From NCBI GenBank assembly GCA_016187515.1, contig JACPJN010000006.1, positions 257,556 through 321,555 on the forward strand: 64,000 nt of DNA. The letters run 5' to 3'. Shown here piece after piece: positions 10,459 through 18,981 of this stretch; the first letter of the stretch is position 1, and every line of letters starts with the position of its first letter. Below the pieces are notes generated by a model. The model was given only the letters and a program-made list of their open reading frames with translations, did not search any database and had not been told where the DNA came from. Both the position numbers and the translations under genes were made by a program. The stretch is from Candidatus Uhrbacteria bacterium (GTDB lineage: Bacteria > Patescibacteriota > Patescibacteriia > GWA2-47-26).

Positions 10459-10627
10459 GTACTCCTCCTCGGTTGGATAGTGCCGCCCCAGCGTATCACA
10501 GAATGTAAGAAACTACCAGCTAACCCATCGTTTGACAAAACTGCTATATATGAAGTAAGGTAAAGGCGGTCTTAGAACCAAAATGTTCGTTTCACTCATC
10601 CCCTGATGGGATGGAAAGAGGTGACCA

Positions 10628-12103
10628 ATGAATGCACCGCAGCACGCTTGGCAATTCCGTCTTCGACGAGCCCTGAACTGGCTCCCGCTGGGACTGGCCT
10701 ACGCGTTCATGTACATGGGCCGCTACAACCTGACTGTCGCCCAGAAGGCGCTCGGAGACAAGCTCATGCCCCCCGATGATTTCGGCTGGATCTTCGGGAT
10801 CGGCGCCTGGGTGTACGCGCTCTCCTTCCTGATAAACGGCCCGCTGACCGATCGAATCGGCGGCCGGCGCGCCATGCTCTTGGGTACCTTGGGGACGCTG
10901 TCGGCCAACGCGCTCATGGGCTTGACGCTCTACGGCAATACCCACTGGGGGTGGGAGTTCCCGATCTTTGGGACGTTTGTCGCGCTCTACTCGCTCAACA
11001 TGTACTTCCAGAACTTCGGCGCGATCGCGATCGTCACCACCAAGGCGCCCTGGTTCCATGTGGCCGAGCGCGGCACGTTCTCCACCATCTTCGGCGTGAT
11101 CATCTCGCTGGGCATCTTCTTCGCCTTTGACTGGGGCTTCGCGATCGTGGAAGCCACGCGCGGAACGTTCAAGGGCGAACTCGGTTTCTGGGCCAGCGTG
11201 TTCCAAACGCTTGCGGGAACCGGCGGTACCGGAGTCAATCAGAACTGGTGGCTGTTCTTCGCGCCCTCGATTCTTCTGGGGACGATGTGGATCGCCATGG
11301 CGCTCTGGTTGCGCAACAGTCCGGCCGAAGCGGGGTTCAGCAACTTCGCCACTGGCGAAGCCACGCTCTCGACGCACGGTGAGCGCGAACCGGCCCGCGC
11401 AGTGTTTCTCAAACTCTGGCAACACCCCGTGATTCGCATCGTGTGTCTGGTGGAGTTCTGCTCCGGAGTATTGCGCAACGGCGTCATGCACTGGTACCCC
11501 ATGTTCGCCGCCGACGTCGGCTTCAAGAAGGCCTTCCTCGTAACCGCAAACTGGGGACTGACGCTCCTGATCTGCGGCACGATCGGGGCAATTCTCACTG
11601 GCTGGTGCTCGGACAAGCTGTTCCAGTCGCGTCGTGCGCCCATGGCCGGCATCTGCTACGGCCTCATGATCGGTGCGGTAATTCTGCTCATGACCACGCT
11701 TGCGGGCAACCTCTGGTACGCCGGGATCGCCGTGATCCTGATTTCCACGAGCGTGATCGGCGTACACGGAATCTTCTCGGGTACTGCCACAGCGGACTTT
11801 GCCGGAACCAAGAACACCGGCGCGGCCGTCGGCATCGTGGACGGCATGGTGTACTTGGGAACCGGTTTGCAGGCAATCGTGATCGGCCAAATCGTTCCCC
11901 AAGGAGCGGCAGCCAAAGTGGCGGGAAACTGGGGCTGGTGGCCGACCGTACTGCTGCCGTTTACCATCCTCGGCCTGATCCTCGCGCTCCGCATCTGGAA
12001 CGCGAAGCCACAAGCGAAGGCCACGGTAGTGTCCGGCTCGGACGCGAACTGGCAGATCGCGCGCGGAAAAAATGACGGGAGAGGAATCGAACCCGTAGCG
12101 TAG
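10628..12103 (+). CDS. MFS transporter
   Basis: The 491-aa protein has about 12 hydrophobic segments. It carries MYMGRYNLTVAQ and DRIGGRR signatures. A GAAAGAGGTG RBS is present. The gene is very GC-rich. Confidence 0.8.
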   Translation: MNAPQHAWQFRLRRALNWLPLGLAYAFMYMGRYNLTVAQKALGDKLMPPDDFGWIFGIGAWVYALSFLINGPLTDRIGGRRAMLLGTLGTLSANALMGLTLYGNTHWGWEFPIFGTFVALYSLNMYFQNFGAIAIVTTKAPWFHVAERGTFSTIFGVIISLGIFFAFDWGFAIVEATRGTFKGELGFWASVFQTLAGTGGTGVNQNWWLFFAPSILLGTMWIAMALWLRNSPAEAGFSNFATGEATLSTHGEREPARAVFLKLWQHPVIRIVCLVEFCSGVLRNGVMHWYPMFAADVGFKKAFLVTANWGLTLLICGTIGAILTGWCSDKLFQSRRAPMAGICYGLMIGAVILLMTTLAGNLWYAGIAVILISTSVIGVHGIFSGTATADFAGTKNTGAAVGIVDGMVYLGTGLQAIVIGQIVPQGAAAKVAGNWGWWPTVLLPFTILGLILALRIWNAKPQAKATVVSGSDANWQIARGKNDGRGIEPVA

Positions 12104-12136
12104 CGAGGACTACGGGCCCGCAAAAATCGTACAACC

Positions 12137-12186
12137 GGCGGACGGCTGTGGGGCGCCCAAATGCCCCATCACCGTCCGCTTATTAA
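12137..12186. terminator. bidirectional hairpin terminator between the convergent MFS and tsaD genes
   Basis: ggcggacggctgtggggcgcccaaatgccccatcaccgtccgc is followed by TTATTAAATTT. Confidence 0.4.
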
Positions 12187-12188
12187 AT

Positions 12189-13520
12189 TTACCGCGGCAG
12201 CGGGCTGAATTTTTGTCCAAGTTCCCAATTCGGATCCACATCCAGTTTTTGCCACGGGGTAAACCCCCACACCAAAGGCCGCCGTTTTCCCCGTTTTGGT
12301 GTGGGGGTAAATTGTTTTGCCTGCGCCATAAAATAGCCGGCCACGGCAATCATGGCGGCGTTGTCCGTCGCGTATGCGACGGATGGCATAGAGCATAGAG
12401 CAGATGGCGTATGGCGTTTTATGGCTTCTACCAACCGCTGGCGTAATCTGGCGTTCGCTGCTACGCCGCCACCGAGGAGAACGGTTTTTACTTTGTATTT
12501 TTTTGCGGCACGAATGGTTTTTGAAACCAATACATCCACCACCGCCTCTTGAAATGCATAACACAAGGAAGCTAAGAGCTTAGGGCTAAGGGCATAGAGT
12601 TTTGCTCTATGCTCTATGCTCTGCGCTCTAAGCCAATAGAGTACGGCGGTCTTAAGACCGGAAAAACTAAAATCAAAATCCGGAGAATCAATCATGGGGC
12701 GAGGGAAAGTTAGGTGATTAGGTACGTAGGTAGTTAGGTACGTAGGTTTGTTTCCCGCGTACCTTCGTACCTTAGTACCTTCGTACCATTTCTCGGCTTC
12801 CCGAGAAATGGCCGGCCCTCCCGGGTAGCCGAGATTAAGCATCTTCGCCACTTTATCAAACGCCTCTCCGGCCGCATCGTCGCGCGTCTCACCAACAATT
12901 TTAAAATCCAAATGTCCGCGCATGAGCACCAGTTCAGTGTGGCCACCACTCACAATCAGCGCAAGCGCTGGGAATTGCATAGGGCTTAGGGCGTAGTGCG
13001 TAGGGTTTTGCTCTATGCTATATGCTCTATGCTCTATGCTGCGAATTTTCTCTCCGAGAAAATTCGCATACACATGTCCCGCCAAATGATTAACCGCCAC
13101 CACTGGTTTTTTCCAAAGCCAAGAAAGAGTGCGGGCCACCTCCACCCCCACAAGCAATGAGGTTGCCAATCCCGGACCGGCAGTAACGGCAATGGCGTCA
13201 ATTGAAGAAGACCAAGCGACTAAGCGACTAAGCGACTGGGTCGTTTGCTTTTTCTTAATCTCTTCATTTCTTAATCCCTTAATCGCTCTTTCAATCACCG
13301 GAATAATCTTCTCCACATGCGCCCGCGCCGCCACCTCCGGAACCACTCCGCCCGTTTTCGCATGAATTTTAATCTGGGACGCTATAATGTTACTTAAAAC
13401 TGAACAACGAAACGACTGAACAACCGGTTGTTTCGTTGTTTCGTTGCTCCGTCGTTCAGTTATCTCCACCACCGCCGCCGCCGTCTCATCACAACTCGTT
13501 TCAATCCCCAAAATTCTCAT
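12189..13520 (-). CDS. tsaD: tRNA N6-adenosine threonylcarbamoyltransferase TsaD (Kae1/Gcp), lengthened by about 100 aa of in-frame repeat insertions
   Basis: MRILGIETSCDETAAAVV…, HLAGH, GGGVAAN. The protein is 443 aa against about 340 aa typical. The extra segments coincide with hairpin repeat blocks at 12381-12425, 12571-12633, 12711-12811, 12977-13067 and 13201-13300. Confidence 0.85.
   Translation of the reverse strand: MRILGIETSCDETAAAVVEITERRSNETTKQPVVQSFRCSVLSNIIASQIKIHAKTGGVVPEVAARAHVEKIIPVIERAIKGLRNEEIKKKQTTQSLSRLVAWSSSIDAIAVTAGPGLATSLLVGVEVARTLSWLWKKPVVAVNHLAGHVYANFLGEKIRSIEHRAYSIEQNPTHYALSPMQFPALALIVSGGHTELVLMRGHLDFKIVGETRDDAAGEAFDKVAKMLNLGYPGGPAISREAEKWYEGTKVRRYAGNKPTYLTTYVPNHLTFPRPMIDSPDFDFSFSGLKTAVLYWLRAQSIEHRAKLYALSPKLLASLCYAFQEAVVDVLVSKTIRAAKKYKVKTVLLGGGVAANARLRQRLVEAIKRHTPSALCSMPSVAYATDNAAMIAVAGYFMAQAKQFTPTPKRGKRRPLVWGFTPWQKLDVDPNWELGQKFSPLPR
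12571..12633. repeat. heptamer hairpin (GCTAAGA/GCATAGA family) in-frame in tsaD
   Basis: gctaagagcttagggctaagggcatagag-tttt-gctctatgctctatgctctgcgctctaagc. Confidence 0.65.
12711..12811. repeat. octamer hairpin (AGGTACGT units) followed by a second short hairpin, in-frame in tsaD
   Basis: aggtacgtaggtagttaggtacgtagg – tttgtttcccgcg – taccttcgtaccttagtaccttcgtacc, then ccatttctcggcttcccgagaaatgg. Confidence 0.6.
12977..13067. repeat. heptamer hairpin followed by a short hairpin, in-frame in tsaD
   Basis: gcatagggcttagggcgtagtgcgtagggttttgctctatgctatatgctctatgctctatgc, then gcgaattttctctccgagaaaattcgc. Confidence 0.6.
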
Positions 13521-13522
13521 AT

Positions 13523-14842
13523 TTAAAAACTTTTTCTTTCTTTTAAAATCTTTCCTTCACTATACCACCTTTTCCGGAGTTCACCAGCCAAAAAGAATGA
13601 CCCGGTTACCAATACCAGATCATCTGCAAGCACGGCGGCAAGTGCGGCCGAAAGCGCATCGCGGCAATCCATATCTACTTCCGCGCGCGTTCCACGCTTT
13701 GCATACTTTTTTACAACCCGCAGTAATTCACGCGGATGCGCGCACTTGCGTAGCGGCATATCAAATCGCGTTATATAGATTTGGTCAGCTTCCGGCGCAA
13801 TCACTTTGCAAATACCGTCAATATCTTTATCAGCCGCGATCGCAAGGACTAGGTGTAATTTTCTAAACTTCACGCGTTCCACATTCGCTACTGTGGCTCT
13901 CATTTTACTGACACTATGCGCGCCATCAAGTATCACCAACGGTCTCTTCCGCATTCCTTCAAATCGACACGGCAAACGCGCTTTCTTAATCCCTTTGATA
14001 ATCGCACGTTCCGGAATTTTAAAATACTTCGCAATCTCCCATACGAGCGCCGTATTCTTTCCCTTATAATCCATCCCCAACTGCAATGTTTTAATGCTTT
14101 CATGTTTTAATGCTTTAATATCCATCACCTTCGCCCCTTTCTGCTTCCCCATCTTCTCAAACATCCGCGTGAGCTGCGGGCGCGCCTCGGCCGTAAAAAA
14201 CGGTACGCCACGGCGCATAATTCCGGCTTTTTCGCGCCCGATTTTAGTGAGCGTAGACCCGAGCAGGTGAGTATGATCATAGTCCACGTTGGTCAGCACC
14301 GTAGCTACGCATCCATTAATCAGTACACCCGGATCATATTTTCCGCCCAGTCCTACTTCCAAAACCACCCACTTACACTTTTGCCGTAAAAAATACTTTA
14401 CCGCAATCGCAAACCAAATTTCAAAATACGACGGTCCGCCGTATGGCGACTTTAAATAGGCGCGCGTAATGTATGGCTTAAGCTCATCCACGATATGCGC
14501 CAACTCTTGCGGAGAAATGTATTGGTCACCAACGCGAATCTTTTCAATGGAAGTGGTGGTGAACGGGGTGCTAAAAGAACCCACGCGCCTGCCGGCCGCG
14601 CGCAAAACCTCATGCAGCATGGCAGTTACAGACCCTTTTCCGGAAGTCCCGGCAATATGAATGAACTTGAACTGCGTCTGATTTAAAATACCAATCAATT
14701 CAAAAAAATACCTCATTCGCTTGAGGTATTTCTCCGGCTCGTTCCTATCCCGCATGTAATCCTTCTGCCCTGGAACATTTTTCAGACCCTCAAGAAACCG
14801 AATTGTCTCAAAATACGCCTCAAACTTTTTGTCCATATACAT
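13523..14842 (-). CDS. folC: folylpolyglutamate synthase / dihydrofolate synthase (Mur ligase family)
   Basis: HIAGTSGKGS P-loop, VLEVGLGG, and a Mur-ligase C-terminal region. Confidence 0.8.
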   Translation of the reverse strand: MYMDKKFEAYFETIRFLEGLKNVPGQKDYMRDRNEPEKYLKRMRYFFELIGILNQTQFKFIHIAGTSGKGSVTAMLHEVLRAAGRRVGSFSTPFTTTSIEKIRVGDQYISPQELAHIVDELKPYITRAYLKSPYGGPSYFEIWFAIAVKYFLRQKCKWVVLEVGLGGKYDPGVLINGCVATVLTNVDYDHTHLLGSTLTKIGREKAGIMRRGVPFFTAEARPQLTRMFEKMGKQKGAKVMDIKALKHESIKTLQLGMDYKGKNTALVWEIAKYFKIPERAIIKGIKKARLPCRFEGMRKRPLVILDGAHSVSKMRATVANVERVKFRKLHLVLAIAADKDIDGICKVIAPEADQIYITRFDMPLRKCAHPRELLRVVKKYAKRGTRAEVDMDCRDALSAALAAVLADDLVLVTGSFFLAGELRKRWYSEGKILKERKSF

Positions 14843-15503
14843 ACCTCGGGTTCACCAGAAACTCCCACCGCACGATCTGCCTCTTCACCAGGAAAGCGAG
14901 TGCATTATTCAAAACCACATAAGTTACCGCGATTCCAAGCGCAAAAAGCGCGCGTTCCATGGCCACCACCGGAATAAGACCGACCCAGACCGCTTTGGGA
15001 AGCGCAAACACCCAAATCCAAAGCGCGCCGCCAACCGCGTGGGCGGAAAATGTCGCGCCTAACGCACGGGCCAATAAAAATCTATCGCGCGCGAAATACA
15101 TAACAATAGGAATAAGCCAAAACATCGCGTAGTACCAAACGGTTCGTCCAATTGGGTGCGCAAGCCAAGCGGCAATCGCCAGTACCGGCACAATCCAGTT
15201 AAACCGACTTTTGCTTCCAAAATACCACGCCGCGAATAACATCGGGAAAAAACGAATAATCGTCCCGGCATCAACCGCTTGCGCGCCATGAATTAAAAAA
15301 TTTATAAACTGCATCAGAAACACCGCGATTATTCCAGGCAATGTTCCAATAAAACCAGTGGCGACCGGCCCAAAAAAATCAAACAGCGTAAACTTCGCTT
15401 TTGAGCCGGCCAGTTGCGTCACCGGAACCTGGAGCGCAAGGAGGCCGAGTACGGCAAAGAGTGCGATGAATAAGATGTTGCGTTTGGTGAAGTGTTTTTT
15501 CAT
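14820..15503 (-). CDS. integral membrane protein (possible ECF-type vitamin/folate substrate-binding S component)
   Basis: About 227 aa with 5-6 TM helices. The start was set at MKKHF. The gene lies directly downstream of folC. The function is inferred from context only. Confidence 0.45.
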   Translation of the reverse strand: MKKHFTKRNILFIALFAVLGLLALQVPVTQLAGSKAKFTLFDFFGPVATGFIGTLPGIIAVFLMQFINFLIHGAQAVDAGTIIRFFPMLFAAWYFGSKSRFNWIVPVLAIAAWLAHPIGRTVWYYAMFWLIPIVMYFARDRFLLARALGATFSAHAVGGALWIWVFALPKAVWVGLIPVVAMERALFALGIAVTYVVLNNALAFLVKRQIVRWEFLVNPRYVYGQKV

Positions 15504-15579
15504 ACTCTCTCTAACGTCATCCCCGCGGAAGCGGGGATCCATGGATTCCCGATCAAGTCGGGAATGACAACGGATTATG

Positions 15580-16368
15580 TTAAAATTCCTTTGCCTTACC
15601 AAGCTCCATTTTTACAAATTCAATGCCGCTTCCCGCCAGTCCGGTTTCAAAAATTTTGTACCACGGTACTTCCGGCCATTTTACCATAGCGTCGTGAATG
15701 GGGATAGCATATTTAGGTTTGACTTTTTTTACAAATTCCAATCCTTCCCGCACCGCCATCCATGGCGCCACCACTGGTACGGCCAGAATCTCGGCCTGTA
15801 CTTCTTCTGACGGCGTAACACAATCGCCCGGGTGGAATAATTTGCCCGCAATGAGAAAGCCGACATTTTCCACGCGCGGGAAATGATCCGCAATATGGCC
15901 GTGGTCACAGGCAATAGCACGAATAGTTACTCCCTGCACCGTACGAATCTCGCCTGGCTTCAAAATCTCAATCTTAAATTTAATACCATTCTCCGTAAGC
16001 ACCTTTTTTACTCCCTCATTCGTCAGTATCAACCCTGATTCTTGATTCATGATTCCTGATTCATAAATCTGCTTCAGCGCCTCCGGATCCGTATGATCCG
16101 CGTGCTCATGTGTCAAAAGTAAAACATTGCACTGCGGCAAATCCTCCGGCTTCAATAATTTCCGCGTGGTTCCGCGTACGGCCGCATGGTAAGCGCATGA
16201 ATGATCACACCCCATGCCGCGGCCGCCTTCCGCGTGGTTCCGCGAAGCCGTGGAAAAAGAAATTTCTCCATCATTGCCTTTAAACACATAACTGCCCGGG
16301 TCAATCAAAATCCGCGCGGTTCCTTCCTCAATAAACAAACACGAATGTCCGTATTTAGTAACACGCAT
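15580..16368 (-). CDS. MBL-fold metallo-hydrolase
   Basis: VLLLTHEHADHTD (HxHxDH) and a CDHGH motif. Confidence 0.75.
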   Translation of the reverse strand: MRVTKYGHSCLFIEEGTARILIDPGSYVFKGNDGEISFSTASRNHAEGGRGMGCDHSCAYHAAVRGTTRKLLKPEDLPQCNVLLLTHEHADHTDPEALKQIYESGIMNQESGLILTNEGVKKVLTENGIKFKIEILKPGEIRTVQGVTIRAIACDHGHIADHFPRVENVGFLIAGKLFHPGDCVTPSEEVQAEILAVPVVAPWMAVREGLEFVKKVKPKYAIPIHDAMVKWPEVPWYKIFETGLAGSGIEFVKMELGKAKEF

Positions 16369-16488
16369 AGTTTTGTTCTGGTATGGTTATACAACCAAAA
16401 ACCGAACCTATTTTGAACGGAATTGACTAATTGCCGCTGAACGAAGTTCCAACATTCTTTGGACAAAACCAGATAATAAGGAAGTCCG

Positions 16489-18777
16489 CTAATGCTGATG
16501 ATTATACGCTCCGGACATAATGAATTGTCTGGCTTCTTGCGCATTACGAGGATGTAAGCCGGGTTTTAATTCTTTCGCATAAACTGTATCTGCAAAATCC
16601 CATGTAACTTTTTTATCTTTGTCTAATATGCCTCGCCACAAGCCCCGACCGCAGGTACATGCGTATATTTCTTTAAAATCAGATGAGGATCCCAAGCAAT
16701 AAGCGTAATTATGAATATTTCCCGGCACCATTTGTTCCGGCAATGATTTTTCCCAGGTGGCGCCGCCATCGCGCGTTACGACAATATTTTCTCCATGATG
16801 TCCGACAATTAAATGATTGGCGTCTTTAGGATCAATCAAAACCATTTCGTAGTTTGGCATATGGCCAAAATTATAGAGCCAGCCGATAAAATCTATTGGC
16901 TGATCCTCTCCATATTTGCGAATGCCAGCGGTGATTTCCTGCCAGGTTTTCCCGCCGTCCTTGCTTTGGAAAATACCCCCGTATTTGCCGGAAGTTTGCT
17001 CCTCGGTTGAAAGCTGGGCAAAAAATACATTTGAAATAGCCACGAGCACGTTTGAATCGCCGGCAGACATTGCCAAACGATAAGTATATTTGAGCGAGTT
17101 ATCGCCAAGCGGCGCGAAATTACGCCCGCTATCATTGCTTTTGAACACTCCGGAGCCCAAGGCGGACGCGTACACAATGTTTGAATTATCAGGATGGAAT
17201 AATATAGAATAGACCGCGAAATCATCTATGCCTTCCGCGCGAGTCCAGCTTTGCCCTTGATCGCGCGACTCCCATAATCCCTCGCCAGACGGCGTTTCGG
17301 CTGTTTCCATGCTTACGCCAACAAGTATATGTCGGGAATCTTTTGGGTCAACCGCGATTGATTTTATGAGAGTTCCTTCGCCCCCCGGTTTATTTTTTTC
17401 AATAAATTTTCCTCCAGCTTTGGAAACGTTTCCGACAATAAATTGATCGCCTCCCAAATATACGCGCGCAAAATCGTTTGGATCAGGCCGCATAGTAATA
17501 ATATTATAATCCAAAGCCATACGTTTATATGTTTTGCCGCCATTTTTTGACCAATAAAAACCCAGCCGATCCCAGGTGCCGACATATATTTCATTCTCAT
17601 CGTTTGGATTTACATGTACTTCTCTTGTGGCAACAGAAACCATGCCGTTGTTTAATTCCCCAAAAGTTTCGCCGCCATCAGCAGAAACATAGATACCATT
17701 TCCGTGTACTCCAACATATATTTTGGAACTCAAACTTACAATTTCGCCGATCCAACTTTGCGGCAGGCCTTGTGAATTTTTTTTGTCAAAAGTAAAGCCA
17801 TCGTTTGAGGATAATAGTAACGAATCTCCTGTTCCAACGAATAGGGTTTCATTATCTGTTCCGATGCCGGTAATATTTTTTAAAGCATCTACCCTTACCC
17901 ATGATGACGCATCCTTACTCAATGCATATACACCACCGCCTTCTCTCGAATTAAATTGCAAACGTGACCCCAGCAAGTACAAGTTATTTTTGAAATTTAG
18001 AAACCGCGTGGTAGTCAAATTGTCTAATCCCGCATTAAGTGCTGCCCAGCTTTTACCCTTATCCGCGGACACCAGCACCCCGTCTTCAACCGTGCCAAGA
18101 TACATTTTTGAATTGAAAAAATAAAGATGGTTGAAGTCGTAATGCCGGTCAAACACAAAACGCCTTTCCCAATTATTCCCGCCGTCGATAGAAACGACAA
18201 GCATACTTACGCCATCATGCGTATCGCCGGGAACATATATTATTTTTGAGTCAGCCGGATCAAGCGCCGATGTATGCGCGCTGAAATTATCCGCCTGGAT
18301 ATCGCTAAGCATGTTGCCGCACAGCCCTGCCCAGCGCGCGCCGTTATTTTCCGTCTTGGAGATACAGGCGATCATTTCCGGAACATAGGCGATATTCTTA
18401 TTAACCGGATCCGCCACAATATCAAATCCGCGGTTTTCTGAAATTCCGCGTCCAATTCCGATCTGCTTCCACGAATTATTTTTTTGCAGTTCATACACTC
18501 CGCCGGAATACAAAGACGCCCAAACTGTGCCTTGATGCGGGATCATTCTAATCACCGTTCCGCCGAGCGGCCCCGATGATTGCGCCCAACCGAATTGGTC
18601 AGGATCAGCCGGAATATCAAAAGACGGATCATCAAAAACCGACTCAGACGATGGCCCGTTGATTGTTCCACCCAATCTCAATGGATGATTTCGCGCCAAG
18701 AAAAAATAGAACGCCACCAGTCCTAATACGGCTATACCTATAATCAGTGTTATTAAAATTGGCGATTTTATTTTCAT
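16489..18777 (-). CDS. secreted/membrane-anchored BNR/Asp-box repeat beta-propeller protein (sortilin/Ycf48-like)
   Basis: N-terminal TM segment (ILITLIIGIAVLGLVAFYFFLA). At least 8 Asp-box S-x-D-x-G-x-T-W motifs (SIDGGNNWERR, SADKGKSWAAL, SADGGETFGEL, SKNGGKTYKRM, SRDQGQSWTRA, SKDGGKTWQEI, TRDGGATWEKS). AT-rich codon usage. Confidence 0.7.
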   Translation of the reverse strand: MKIKSPILITLIIGIAVLGLVAFYFFLARNHPLRLGGTINGPSSESVFDDPSFDIPADPDQFGWAQSSGPLGGTVIRMIPHQGTVWASLYSGGVYELQKNNSWKQIGIGRGISENRGFDIVADPVNKNIAYVPEMIACISKTENNGARWAGLCGNMLSDIQADNFSAHTSALDPADSKIIYVPGDTHDGVSMLVVSIDGGNNWERRFVFDRHYDFNHLYFFNSKMYLGTVEDGVLVSADKGKSWAALNAGLDNLTTTRFLNFKNNLYLLGSRLQFNSREGGGVYALSKDASSWVRVDALKNITGIGTDNETLFVGTGDSLLLSSNDGFTFDKKNSQGLPQSWIGEIVSLSSKIYVGVHGNGIYVSADGGETFGELNNGMVSVATREVHVNPNDENEIYVGTWDRLGFYWSKNGGKTYKRMALDYNIITMRPDPNDFARVYLGGDQFIVGNVSKAGGKFIEKNKPGGEGTLIKSIAVDPKDSRHILVGVSMETAETPSGEGLWESRDQGQSWTRAEGIDDFAVYSILFHPDNSNIVYASALGSGVFKSNDSGRNFAPLGDNSLKYTYRLAMSAGDSNVLVAISNVFFAQLSTEEQTSGKYGGIFQSKDGGKTWQEITAGIRKYGEDQPIDFIGWLYNFGHMPNYEMVLIDPKDANHLIVGHHGENIVVTRDGGATWEKSLPEQMVPGNIHNYAYCLGSSSDFKEIYACTCGRGLWRGILDKDKKVTWDFADTVYAKELKPGLHPRNAQEARQFIMSGAYNHQH

Positions 18778-18782
18778 ATTAT

Positions 18783-18917
18783 TTATCTCAACAATTTCTC
18801 AATAGAAACTTTTAATGCTTTGGCAATTTTTGCCATAGTTTGAACGCTCGGCTTATTAACTGTGCCGCTTTCGACTGCTTTCTTTATATTTTCGCTGATT
18901 ATTCTTTCACTTGTCAT
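18783..18917 (-). CDS. possible truncated XRE-family HTH fragment, 44 aa
   Basis: MTSERIISENIKKAVESGTVNKPSVQTMAKIAKALKVSIEKLLR matches only the C-terminal half of Cro/XRE HTH domains. It abuts the left end of the IS30 element. Confidence 0.25.
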   Translation of the reverse strand: MTSERIISENIKKAVESGTVNKPSVQTMAKIAKALKVSIEKLLR

Positions 18918-18981
18918 ATTAGTAAAGTTTTGGTACTTATTGTAGTAAGTATGATTATTACCTATATTGCTATACTAGGCG

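Noticed and set aside
4284-12123. Numerous antisense or overlapping ORFs of 60-450 aa inside the hypothetical 397-aa gene, PNP, PMM, HAD, MFS and also rpoB/rpoC, the TPM gene and others (for example 6524-7426, 8011-8892, 10592-12013, 35794-36609, 36690-38042)
   Set aside because: High GC content removes stop codons in all frames. These ORFs overlap genes with clear homology-based identities and have Arg/Pro/Gly-rich, non-protein-like composition.
12381-13300. Possible CRISPR array, suggested by the many short tandem repeats
   Set aside because: The units are 7-8 nt, not 24-48 nt, with no regular unique spacers. The arrays sit inside intact ORFs and rRNA and form inverted as well as direct repeats. 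No cas genes are present in the window.
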